Source: Tubiluchus corallicola (taxonomy: Eukaryota; Animalia; Priapulida). From it: 64,000 nucleotides of DNA. This document shows positions 1-12,100 of the stretch, in pieces. The stretch lies in the NCBI GenBank assembly GCA_030141605.1, contig JAQGDQ010000065.1, positions 558,001 to 622,000 on the forward strand. Direction: 5' to 3'. The notes beneath the pieces were generated by a model. It saw only the letters and a program-made list of their open reading frames with translations. It had not been told where the DNA came from and did not search any database. Position 1 is the stretch's first letter; each line of letters starts with the position of its first letter. Both the position numbers and the translations under genes were made by a program.

Positions 1-128
1 CAAACTCTCCGAGAGTTGTTGAGAGTTCTCCCGCTAGTTTCTTGCAGACAAGCTCTATTCATAGCGAGAACTCTTAGAGACTATCAGAAAGAACTTTCGA
101 GATAAAATTCTCTAGTCTGAACAGTGCC
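1..128. mobile_element. Possible right end of a PIF/Harbinger-like non-autonomous element
   Basis: Ends in ctagtctgaacagtgcc (reverse complement ggcactgttcagactag), which resembles animal Harbinger-type TIRs. Internal GAGAGTTCTC/GAGAACTCT repeats. The partner end is outside the window. Confidence 0.3.
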
Positions 129-3100
129 AGTGCGCCGTAAGCGTTCCATGCCTGAATGCTTAGTCGTTACACTAAAATGAGTTACTTACCGCTTTGGCAT
201 TAACGTGTAAAAACGTGTTCGAAAGTGTGTTCGCTCGAAGCATTAATTCAACAACAGGTGTACTTGGAAATTTGAAGTATAATTAGCAGCAACTTCAACG
301 TGGTAGCTATGCAGTGTATATTATTTGCTGTACTTACTTAGTCTAACAAATTTTGTACTGTAACAGACGAATAAACTTTCATTAGCTCATTGGCACTGAA
401 TAGTTCCGCCTACGTACGTCTGTGTCAACACAACTAGAGCTTATGTTTGCACTGTGATAAGAATCAACTCACTACCTGTCTTAGCCTTATTTACAAAATC
501 TGTATTTATAATTAAAGACTCGGCGTCTTAACTCTCTAGAAAGATTCAATCAACCTTATTCAAGATTAGTTATCTAATACTAACAAATGGTTAAATTATA
601 CAATTTATACTCAGATTGGGGTAAACTCACGGATACAGCCCCTCAATGCGTAATTTTTTGGTCGCTTGTATTTATTATATTCGTAAATAACATTCAAACA
701 ATAAACAATTATCACGTCATTAAAGATCCGCATGATGCTAAACATCGGTAACCACTCATTTCGCCCCATGGCATTTCAGCAGTGACACATTTCGCTAAGA
801 AATCAAATACGAAGAAGTAGACAAAAGGTCTTTTCTTAACAGTAAATAAAAGCCAAGAGTATCTGGCTCCTATTGTAATTGTTTCGATGGCGCTTAGTAC
901 AAAAACACGGTAGAGTAACTTTAGCCCCTACTCGGAACGTTGGAGTCAGAAAACTATGGAACTACCAAGCGCAATGATATTTTTATTCCGGTGTTGTCGC
1001 TCCTGCACCGGAATAAGCCTACCCCGGTTTTCCTGAAGAAGCATAGCTTACAAGGCAGCAGATGGATTTACGTTCAGAATTACCGTCTCCTACCTAAGGA
1101 AGCAAAACCTGGCAAGGCGACAAGTGGTTTACTTACAGCTGGGGCGTGATTGCTGAGTGGCAGCATATCCACACGCTGATGGGTTACGCAAATTGCACGC
1201 GCTAGGCAGTATGCTTGATTTGACTACTGCAACTTCTGTGTTGTGTTCACTAGCTCTTGAATTGAGGCTTGATCGCGATGGAAAATCTGGGAACCGATCT
1301 CTTAAGGGTCATAGCATTTGTTAGCTTGTTGGATCAAAGCAACTGAAGTAACTCCGGGAATGAATGCCTTGTTGAAATAATATTGCAACGAAGAGCGGAT
1401 CAGGTGCTGATACACCGGCTGTCCCATAGTTGAGAAGAAAACGTAAAAAACAGTAGTAAGAGTAAAATTAATGAATTAAGTAACACGACTAATGTCTACC
1501 CCCATGGTGCTTCATGCTGGTTGTCATTACGGAGCATGTGCTGAGAAGGAAGGCGCACCTCAGCCCGCTGAACCGACGAGGCCATTCCATGCCAGCTGTT
1601 TATAGCCGCTATGCAATGACTTCGTAATGAATCGAACCATCACAATGTAGAGGGGGTCGAAAATAAATGGCATTTTTATGAGCGACATTTTTGAGACGTG
1701 ACTCATCGCTATTTGATGAAAATTATCACAAAAACGAAAACCGTCGCAGCTAAGCATTGCTTGATTTCTTAAAACTTCCCATAAATATGTTGCAGAGGCA
1801 GCATTTCAGTGCTAATATATATCAATTATCTGCTCTAGTTATCAAGTATTTAAAAAAGTGGACGTGGCCTGGTGTTCATGTAGGTTTTTGACATTACCTG
1901 GAAAAGTGAAGTAACAGGTAGACACTGAAGTAGAAACTGTGGCATTGGAATAGTGAACTGTGATCTTGGATCAAAGCTGAAGAACAATGGGCATTAATCA
2001 GTTTTTCATTACGTTCTAGTCTATCTCTTCCTACAAGTTTTTGAGCTAGGGCCATACTTTAAGTTATATACGTCGAGTTCTGGCAGATGATTGAATATGT
2101 GAATATGTACATTTAGATTATTAAAAAAATTCACCAGCGACTAAAAACCAAAACTTGTGAATCTGGCACATACATTCTTCTGGTATTAAGAAGCAGTAAC
2201 TTCTAGTATATCAGATGAAAGTTCTCGATGAGACAAAATGAATGACGTAGGTGTGGCCAGGTGTAGGCAAGAGCACATGAAATGGGTGGTAGATCAAAAA
2301 GTGACGAGCTCAGATTTCATTGAAATGAAATACAATTCCTAGATAGCAAAGCTTGGCAAATTCAATGAAAGCAATATTACGAACTGTACGGAAATTTTTA
2401 ATGTTATTTCAACGTCAACGTATGGAATAACAGATTTCATTGACCCGAAAAATAATTCCTAAGTAACCAAGTGTGGTGCAATCGTGGACTCATGTCACCA
2501 TTCTAATTGTAATACGTCATATTGTTAATTAAAAGTTCACGACTTTACCAGAAACAGCAGTCTCGTGAAGATTTTTCCATAACAGAATATTTTTTAATTT
2601 AGTTGCGTTTGTAACTTTTGCTTAATAACTGAAAAAGTGTGCAAGCTAGGGTCACGAAACTCACGGAACGGGTAGCTTCTGATAGCAGAACAGCGACAGT
2701 GGATGACCACTAACCTCGGATCAAGGGTTCAGAGGTTTAACAGCATTTTCTCTTAGATATTTTAGTTAAACAGAAAACGTTGTTTACCAGTATATAGGCA
2801 TTGTTGGGTATGCGTGCACCTGAGGCTTTAAAAAGCTGGGCTTTTTTAAAGGCCTGAGATAGGAGCCACAATATGAAACTTAAGGCAAACGTCTTCATCT
2901 GTCAGCTCTTCTTGCGGTACTCAAACGATACGACCATTTCAACCGAAATAGCATAATAAAACACATCGAGTTAAATTTTAGCAGCTTCATAATCAAATCC
3001 GCGGCTCACTAAACTAAGATACAAAAGATATAGAAAGCATTACCAATCATATATCACAAGTATCTACGACGTTTGAGTCAAGTGGAGTCTTTAATAAGTA

Positions 3101-3508
3101 TTTCTTCAGAACATCCATAGAGGTGATCAGTTGTCATCCTACTGGCTTCTTCCCCGTGTCACGTCTTCCGTGTTTGATATAATGTTGTAGTAACTGGAGA
3201 ATTGACCCTGATTTTAATTTTTTGGGCCATTTTGTATCCAACATTTTTTTACACAGGCGCGTTTGGAAGGCGTTGATTTCAGTTTTTCTGGGCTACTTTG
3301 ACTGTCCATTTTTTTAAATTGTACAAGAATACAGATTATACGCGTGGTGACAAAATAAAAAATATGTAGTTTAGATTTTGTTGTGAGATTCGGTTTTTTA
3401 AGACTTTTGTTAAGCTTGTGCAACTAAGGGTAATATTTTTCTGCGTGCTTTTTGTTAGTTTTGTTTTTGAAATCGAGAATTATTCACTAAATGAATAATT
3501 AATGAATA

Positions 3509-3648
<140 letters not shown>

Positions 3649-3839
3649 TTGACACATGCGATTCCATCTATTTTCTTTAACCAAGCTTATGTCATGATGA
3701 AAGGGGAACCAAATCGCTCAGCTAGAATTTGCTTTGCATGCATATATGCCACACTAAGTGACGTATAATGCATATTTTCTTACAGTCTTAGCTTTGCCTG
3801 TACAAAATTACAGATGCCTATTATGCCTGGCTGCTTCAT

Positions 3840-4193
3840 CTTGTGTGTAGATGGGTAAGGCCCCCGGTACCACACCATAGGAGATTGTGTAATATTTGCG
3901 AAGATGAAGTACAAGATTAACAACACGTAGAAACAAGATGTGGAGTAACTGAAGGAGTGCGAACAAAATACAATATGACTTTTAATAATACAGACAATTT
4001 GTTTTATTTAGAGCCGGAAACATCTGCAAAAATAATTACAGATATACTAAATTTATTCCCATGACAATCTCGCTAGACTACTATTATATAGTATAAACGT
4101 AAGGATGTATGTAGAGTGAACATTTATTGTTGTTATTACTACTTTGTTGTGAAGTGTTTTGCTGGACTAATGTCAATAAACTACTACTACTAC
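3840..4193 (+). mobile_element. 5'-truncated LINE: ORF2 C-terminal Zn-knuckle, 3' UTR and (CTA)n tail
   Basis: Translates to RWVRPPVPHHRRLCNICEDEVQD*QHVETRC, a CCHC-type ORF2 C-terminus. Ends AATAAA-ctactactactac. 3975-4190 matches the reverse complement of 30390-30610. Confidence 0.75.
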
Positions 4194-4197
4194 GTTT

Positions 4198-4400
4198 CTA
4201 CGCTTTAAATCGTTTAATGAAACACCAGTATTCTAGCACATACCCATCGAATTTCTCCAGTTCTAAATGAGGTAGTTGCATAACGTCGTACATATTAATA
4301 TGCTGTCTCTGGGCTTCAAGCAGCATATCCATAAAATAGCGCATTCGATCCATTTAAGTAGCATATGGCTCAAAAGATGGCGCCATGGGTTCGCAAGGAA
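4198..4400 (-). mobile_element. BEL/Pao Gag fragment (DUF1759-like start)
   Basis: Manual translation: PMAPSFEP...LLEAQRQHINMYDVMQLPHLELEKFDGYVLEYWCFIKRFKA. This fits the LPxLExxxFDGxxxE(Y/W)xxF motif of BEL/Pao Gag. Truncated at the LINE tail at ~4195. Confidence 0.7.
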
Positions 4401-4619
4401 ATTGTCAACTGGTATTTGCTGCCACGGGGGTATGGCTGTAACGGCGCTGAATATTAATACTGGCTGCACAAGATGACGGAGGTAAGCCACAGTGAATGGT
4501 ATCACTGGACAAATTTGTTGCTGCTTTCACTTAAGTAAAGCTATCCCTCTGAGAAGTTGTTGGTAGAAACTTGCCAGTTAAATCAACGGGAGTTCCACAC
4601 TTCTTCATCAAACCGCCCT

Positions 4620-5065
4620 AAATAGCAAGCCTAAGGTCACTGAAATAAATATCTCGCCATCTATCAAACATATATCAGTCATACTGTGTTTCAAAATCAT
4701 ATTCACTATAATACTCATCAGCATAACCCCATGGCTTCTTGACTCCTATAAAATGAATGCCGTTAACCACTTTTCCAAATTGCTTAATAGTGGGTAGGTA
4801 ACCATGGCGCCCCTGCATAGCTGTGTTGTAAATATATGGTTAGTGATTTGAAACTCAACAGCCCAGTTGCTAAAAACAAATTCAAAAGCCCTTGGTACCC
4901 ACCGTCAAAAAAGCATCCTTCAGATTGGATAAAGGTTAACAACTGGTTATGTGTATGCAAGCTTGGCTTATAAACAAAAACACCTGAATTAAAACAGTCA
5001 GGCCAACCTGCACCTGGCGCGGCTGACAATTCATCTCACCCAAACAATTCATCTGTATTTATTTT
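4620..5065 (-). pseudogene. GYG1: Glycogenin (GT8) pseudogene fragment, C-terminal half of the catalytic domain
   Basis: Translates to [32 protein letters not shown]...[17 protein letters not shown].../[24 protein letters not shown]...RWRDIY. This matches the glycogenin motifs [20 protein letters not shown], FDGGDQG, YLPAFK and HFxGxxKPW. It has in-frame stops and about 2 frameshifts, and is preceded by a tttag acceptor-like site. Confidence 0.9.
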
Positions 5066-5235
5066 CTAAATATAAGTTTTGACCACATTTCAATTAATTT
5101 TGACTGGGAAGGCCTCATTGAGGTTTATAAAAACTGGCCAGAAAAGAAAACATTTTTGGCTGAAATATTCTGAAAACGTTTTGCATAAATATGGGATTTC
5201 TACGAATGTGCTGGCTTACTCATAATCAGGACAGT

Positions 5236-5560
5236 TGTCACGGATTCCCCTGGATCAGTTCAGCTCTGCAGCTAGGCCTCAACTATTGCTGACCAAGGCA
5301 GACTAGAAATTAGGGCAAATGGACTGATATTGAAATCCTCTCACTGTAATAGGTTAGAGCCTATATGTGCACGCGTGGGTAGACAGATAAGGGTGAACGC
5401 GCATTAATTTTTTTGAAAAAGCAGGCGTAGTCAGGTCACGTGACGTGGGCAAAAGTGTTGTCAATAGCCAGGTAGATAACTGGAGTAGGAGCCCAGACAA
5501 GGGAATAGTGAGCGTTGACCTTGGGGCAACGACAGCAGTATCTGTTTTCCATTAGTATCT
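5236..5560 (+). mobile_element. Possible LTR fragment (5' part), truncated by a LINE
   Basis: Starts TGTCACGG, a common LTR start. More GC-rich than its flanks and contains a GTCACGTGAC palindrome. No CA end or TSD seen. Confidence 0.25.
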
Positions 5561-5564
5561 CCTC

Positions 5565-7070
5565 CTATATTATTATTATTATTATTAATTATTTATTCGT
5601 ACATAAAAAGTACATTAACACAACACAGACGCACAGCACATTAGTAATATTTAAAAATAATGTAATTAGTTATACATATACAGTACACAGCCAAAATAAC
5701 ACATCGGAAAAAACAAAAGCAATAAAAAGACAGAAATGATAATCATTTAACTTTAAAAATTATACTTAAAACGCCATTGAATTATGTGTATGTAATTAAT
5801 CCTCCATGATAAATGTCAAGATTTCATTTAATTCACTCAAGCTATGAAAAGAGAAGTTTCTTACTTCCTTGTACTTAATTATATTTAATATATCGATCGT
5901 CAGAGATATTTTATCCACAGTTAGTTTGCATTACTCTTTAAATACAAGTGATCGCACAAGCTTCGACTTAAATATCATCAATGCAAAATGTATTTTGTAT
6001 TTTTGACATATGTATTTCACCATATTTCCCATACATGATAAAACTGAATAACAATTTTGTTGAACAAAAAAGAAATCAGAGTATAACCGCTATGATAACA
6101 GGTATAAAAGAAGATTACATATCTTGCAATTATTTGAATACTGGGCTTTATCATATTGCAAATATGGAGAAGAAAGTAACTATATTCTACGCAGTATCAA
6201 GTGACGTTTATTGCAGGTCATTGCATTTCCAAATATGAAAACCAAAAACAGTATAGCAATAACTCTGAAATACTTTTGCTCTTAAAAGTTTGATACAATC
6301 AAGTGAAATTTGCAGTAACATAGTTCGTTCTGTAAATAAAATTTTTAAGTTTGCTCATAATATCACCTGAATCAATTCAATAAACAGCCACGAAGTTCAA
6401 CCTTATTGCACCGAGTAAGTAGGTGGCCGTCAAGAATTATACGAGGCTTAACACTGTAAATACGTACTGAGCTTCTTAAAAAATAATGCGTTTGCTCTTG
6501 ATCTTATTACGTTTTATGTTAACGAATCAGATAGTATATTTAAAGCATAAGCTTCACATATTTTTAACATTGCTTGTAGTGCTTTGACACTAGGTGCAAG
6601 CAAAGGAAGAACATCAGCATAAGAAACGGCACAACCACAAATATTTCCTTCATAACACCTATAGTTGGATCTTGACAGTTCTAGAAGTAGATCATTAATA
6701 TACCCACAAAATAAGAGTGGTGAAAGCACAGCCCCCTATCGTACTCCGTTTGTAACAGTAAAAGTTGAAGCACCCCAATTGTTGATTTACCACCCCATTC
6801 ACTTGGACTTTCTTTGTGGTATACATGTGTAACAATAATCTGATAATCAATAGAATAATATTACGTCTGATAGGAAGGGAAAACACTTTACAGAAATTAA
6901 CTTTATTGGAAGCTTTCGAAGCATCGAGTAGATAACAATATACAGCTGAATCTTGATTATTACCATACAGTTTCTTTTAAAACTGTAGTGCACATAGATG
7001 TGGATGCTTTCTTTTTAAACAAAATTGTTGGTCAGAACTGGATATCTGATTTTCGTATTTTATTATAATT
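5565..7070 (-). mobile_element. Decayed non-LTR retrotransposon (RT domain to 3' end)
   Basis: Translates to SSDQQF, YCYLLDASKA, GVR*GAVLSPLLFCGYINDLL and AVSYADV (YADD), with frameshifts. (TAA)n tail at ~5565-5590. Cut at 7071 by a Helitron-like end. Confidence 0.85.
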
Positions 7071-7071
7071 A

Positions 7072-7690
7072 CTAGCAAAGGCCCCGCAAAAATTTGCGTA
7101 TAATTCCACATTTAGTCAATATTGTGCGAACATCCTACATAGTGTTAATTTATTTACCTAACACAAGGCCAGCAGCAGCTTTTACAAAATTAAAGTTATA
7201 AAGTTATAGAGAGGGTACAATGTAATGGCGCCAGTACGATGAAAACGTCACTCTAGCTTCTAAGCGGGAATCGCTTAAAATAGAACCGCCAATCAACTGG
7301 TCGCGCTCCATTTAGAGGAGGCGTCCTAAAATGTCACCCACACTGTTATGTAGCCCTATTTCTTCTCTTTCTATGTATCTCCTTGCGAGAGTCCCACAAA
7401 GCGCCGCTAGAACGTTTTTTTCTATAGGCTGTTTGGTCAAAATTTGGAAAAAATCGGGAGTTGAGCCCAGGAAAACGCCTGTGACGGTTAGGGGACGCCG
7501 TGGCCCTGGTGCGAATTCTAAATACACCTACAATACTTGCCGTCGAATGTGCTATTCAACCATTACCAGCACCGCCCCGGCATGCTCTCGTTCTCTAGAA
7601 ATAAGAAGTATAAGTTTTGCAATTTTTTACGAAAAACCACCAAAAAGGGCGTCCTTTGCCACCATTGTCATTGTTAGTGATAGGAAAATA
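7072..7690 (-). mobile_element. Non-autonomous Helitron-like element, copy with 3' end
   Basis: Minus strand ends CGCAAATTTTTGCG hairpin + GGGCCTTTG + CTAG then T, the canonical Helitron 3' signature. The body matches the reverse complement of 38870-39419, and matches 62569-62900. Confidence 0.75.
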
Positions 7691-7996
7691 TATCGTTGGT
7701 AATGGCGATCACAGTGGCAATGGTGGTAACGACAATGCTGATGATAATGACGTCAATGACAATAAACATGATTATGATAAAATTACTAATATTTATCGAT
7801 GTTCACCATTTAGACTTCATTTTTGCCTGTATGTTTGTTGATGAAGATAATGACGGTGTGATAGCGCCCTATTTTCGTGCCCTAACGGACGTACTACTGT
7901 CCAAGCTTGATCATTTATTTTGAATGCCTGCGCAAGCCAAATAAACACTGCTTTACCTAACAATTTTTATTCTTAACAATTAGATTAATTTCTATA

Positions 7997-8866
7997 TGTG
8001 GCTTTTTATAGTCTTGAGATTATTTGAACTTAAAATACTTCTTTAAGAGATGAAGCAGTTTAGGTTATGTTTAACGCATACTTGCCTCTCATTGGTTATT
8101 TTTAAAATGCATAAACACAGGTGATTCCTACAGACCGTGGAGAAGTGAATTTCTCGATCTAGCTATACAGTTGATACTTGGTTTTTGAGCGTATCGTAAC
8201 GTGCGGCAGGCACATCTAAAGTCTGTCCACACTGCTCAGTTTGAACATTTCTTTAACGAGATTAATTGAAATATTTTGTTCTGGAACTTCCTCTGATTGT
8301 TCCATACTATCGTGGAACTTCCTCAAATGATATAAACGGAGTAGAAACGGCTGGTTAATATGGTCAATGGAATACGGAACTTAATCTAGACTTGTATTGG
8401 CAAGACTCCCAGCAAGTTGGCAGACGGAGTCAAGCGACCTAGACTGTCGCATCACGAGGAAGCTGCAGCTACCATGTCAGTGTTGAGGCGAAGAGGAGGC
8501 GATCCGTGAAGTGAGCCGCCAGCAACTGTCGAAACTTGATGGAATCTAACGATGGATGGTATGGTATAGATCGATAAAACATGGGATGGAATGATTTGAT
8601 GTAGTTACGCTTACAATATGGAGTGATGAAACCATGGTTATGGAATGGAAATGCAATGGTAACGCAGTCAACACCAGCGCCGGAGCTCTGACGTGGTAAA
8701 CGCGGTACCGGTGTGCTTGTAGCCTCGTATACACTTATACAGTTTTGCTTTAATGATCTGTGCACAATTATATTTGTAATTAAATAAAGCAATTGAATTT
8801 AATGCCTAGATTATTTAGATTAATTGAGATTGTCAATCAGTAATTTTTCCTAAATATTACATCACA
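7997..8866 (+). mobile_element. Possible solo LTR
   Basis: TGTG start candidate, AATAAA at ~8783 and ...ACATCACA end. No matching TSD; the 5' boundary is uncertain. Confidence 0.25.
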
Positions 8867-9117
8867 ACAGCAACGACGATACGCGTTAGGGAAATAACAC
8901 AGAACCATGACACGTGTTTTAGGAAAACCCGTGTTTCGGCTCATCACATCTTTAATTCGATGGTTAATAAAAATCAATTTCTTTTGTGAGGTGCGCTTTC
9001 GAGCCTAACCGAATAAATAGGTTCACAATCCTGACAAAAATAATCAAGAAATATAAGCACACCGACAGACGATGACAATGACGACGATGATGGTGATATA
9101 TAATGATGTTAATGGTG

Positions 9118-9205
<88 letters not shown>
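9118..9205. repeat. (ATT)n microsatellite
   Basis: Seen directly. Confidence 0.98.
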
Positions 9206-9759
9206 GGGCCTATAATCATCTTATTTTTATTGTCACTAATGACATGACAAAGAAAAAAGAAGAACAAAAGTAATTTAATGCTTATGCCAACAGCAAAAAT
9301 AACATTAAAAGAGCAACAGCAACTGCAACAGGACCAACACAGATATATTCGTGCTACAAATCAGCTACCATTGCTGTTTAAATTCTACGTGTCTCATTGC
9401 ATATGTATTGCGGGGCTTTTGATTCTATCTTGTTTTACTCTACTCTGAAACTATTACATAAGCAAAATGTTAGGAAAATGTTAAAGTTTAAGAAATGGAA
9501 AAAATTCATATTAACTAATGTATTGTTCTACATTTAAGCCGTATTACGGGCAAAGTGCTTCGCCAAAAATGTATAATGCTCATAGATTTAAGTGCCGAGC
9601 ATGTGTGACAATGGCATTCCATGCTTGCTGGCGTAACACCTGTGTCCTTGGATACGTAAACAAAATTAGCGTAAACAGCTGTTTTGCGCGCATGCGCTGT
9701 ATGAAATGGCAAAATGTTACACATAGATATATACCTCTAACTAGCAAATGCATTTAAGA

Positions 9760-10537
9760 TCCAAATTTCTCCAAATGATGATCATGATTACGATACCACT
9801 GTCTGCGATAACCTTCCTCAACATATTCTGAACCACTACTATCCTGCTTTGGAATCCTATGAACCTATGAATCCTATGCTTATTGATCAACAAAACGCAG
9901 ATGATATTGGATGGATTAGTGTATCAAATTTTTAAACTATCACAATAAAAAGGGATTTTCCAAAAAAATAGAAAAAAGAAATCTTCAAGTAAACCAGTCA
10001 AAAACAGAACAATATATTATTGAAAGAGATGGCATCGGTCTTGGAAAAAGCACAAGAGCGTATTAACTAGCAAAAAATTAAGTCTTAACATAAGAATTAT
10101 TATTTAATGCTCACGTTATCAGCATAAAAACGTACGACAGCGAAACTTGGGTTTTAACGATTACTCGGGAAAAGCAGATTAACACGTTCTAAAGATAAGA
10201 TGGCCATACATAATCAAAGATGAAGATCTGTACACCAGAACGAAAGAAACTTCTTAGCGTTCAAAGGACAAGATCCGAAAGTTTAAGATGGCTAGGACAT
10301 CTAAGATTACCAAATGGAACACCAGTAAAAATCGCCTAAAAGAAAGCCTTACAACCTTCCAAAAAACCACATGGCAAACCAAAAACAACTTGGATAGCTA
10401 AGATAAATAAAGATTTTCAACAACTTCAACTAAATCTAGCTATAGAAGCAGATAGAAGTGGGTGGGATACTCTAATAAACGTTGATGCCTCAATGCCTAC
10501 AATAGATGGAATGAGACTGAAGAAGAAGAAGAAGAAG
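9760..10537 (+). mobile_element. RTE-clade LINE, 5'-truncated and internally deleted
   Basis: Collinear motifs QNADDIGW, NLQVNQSKTEQY, SETW, IRWPYIIKDEDLYTRTK, RWLGHL and GKPKTTW. Ends in a (GAA)n tail at 10519-10537. Confidence 0.8.
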
Positions 10538-10539
10538 CT

Positions 10540-12100
10540 ATGTACCAAAGAAATTAGTTATATAGCTATGATGCAATCAAGCAATTTACCAATGGGTGAC
10601 AGCAGTGTAATTGTCTTTACTACTTAAATCGCCTCGTTGATCTTTAAGGATGGGACAGATATTAGGGAATTTTAAATCATCATTGACAATGTCGGGTATT
10701 AGCTTCATATTCACCAATAGATATAAGTGTACAAAAAATCTCAAGTGGCATGTATTAAGTAATCAGACGCTAAACCTAGATTGCCATCAGATTTAGTGGG
10801 TTTCAATCTAGGCAACGCAGATAAGACGTCTACAACTGAAACGATGGCAAATCGTGAGTATCGATATTGTCACAGAGCTTGGATTTGGATCTCTGCCATC
10901 TCTAGTTGGTTAAAAATCTACTACATTAATTGTATAAAGAATTAAAATCACGTCCAAACGTTTTCAGCAATGACAGTCGGGTCTGTTTCACCATTAATAC
11001 ATTTAGAAGATGGCCTTTTTTGCCATTTGCTTTATTGAACTCTTTGAAAAGATCAAGTGATTTGTTTTTGTACGCACAATTCAGTAAGTTTTCTTTTCTG
11101 TTAAAGTGCTGTTCACGTTTTATCATTCGTATCGTTTTATGTCACTTAGCGCTCATAGAACGTCTAATTTGAACGACTACGCCCACATTGGGTTGACCCT
11201 AGCTGACCCATATAGCATGCCAAAAGACAGAGTCATTACGAATTGGGTTGACTTTGTCGTTCGAGCCTGGAAAGGCTCACTATTTATTTTGTTTCTTTTT
11301 GCTCTCGAGACTGACAGACAGACTTCTAATACCCGTTTGCCAGTACTTGTTAATTTTTACACACGGGAGTGTTCAACACTTGTTATTATGACAGAGGCAT
11401 ACTTCCTGGGGAATTTCAATATCATTTAATAAGTTATGTTTAGGTTCAATAACTCTAAAGAAACTGGTTCGTGGTCACTTAGATTTGCGCCATTGCGAGT
11501 GACATAATGTTTCTTAATAGCTGGTCTTAAGCAAGAACTTGCTCTGTAGCAAGAAAATGGTCTATAACTGAAGACGTATTGCTGCTGCGCTTAATATAAG
11601 TAAAATAAACAACCTTACAGTCCACGTTTGCATATTTTTGAAATATTCCAACTTGAAATGGAATATACTATAACTATGGCATGGGCGGATCTACGCCTGA
11701 ATTCATAATTAAGATCACCACTAATTATAATGTTATGGGAATTATAAATGGGGATTAGAACATCAATTTGAATAAAACATTATTCGTTTCCACTGCCCTG
11801 TTCGGATCATTGATACCTCTATCATAAAGCATATACGTATATACTAACTAAGCACTGATGTCATTTTTCACTAACTGAATAGCACAGACTCGTTTACTGT
11901 TAAAAACAACCTTGGAGACGCTACTGTCTAATTGCTTATTCCAAAAAAATCACACAACCCCCGTGCGGACGCCCCATTATAATTTTATCATTGGAATCTA
12001 TCCCTAAACATGCTACAACATCATGAATTAAGCTGATCTCATTAAGTTTCGGTAACTCTTTAGCTAAAGCTACAATTTTGCTATATCGCAACGAGGTGTC
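10540..12100 (-). mobile_element. Fragmented LINE ORF2 (APE endonuclease, linker, RT start)
   Basis: Translates to IMGRPHGGCVIF (~11960), FTY...SSVIDHFL (~11570), IKREQHFNRKENLL...FNSLYN (10926-11126) and ICPILKDQRGDLSSKDNY...GKLLDCII (~10580-10670). These pieces are separated by deletions or insertions. Confidence 0.7.

Noticed and set aside
950-1420. Possible Gypsy gag remnant on the minus strand (KAFIPGV...ASIQELVNTTQKL)
   Set aside because: The resemblance is vague, there are several stops, and there is no clear CCHC or pol motif.
5565-12100. LINE pieces 5565-7070 and 10540-12100 as one element split by nested insertions
   Set aside because: They are collinear and on the same strand, but both appear to cover the same ~10 codons after KLLDCII. 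Separate copies are more likely.
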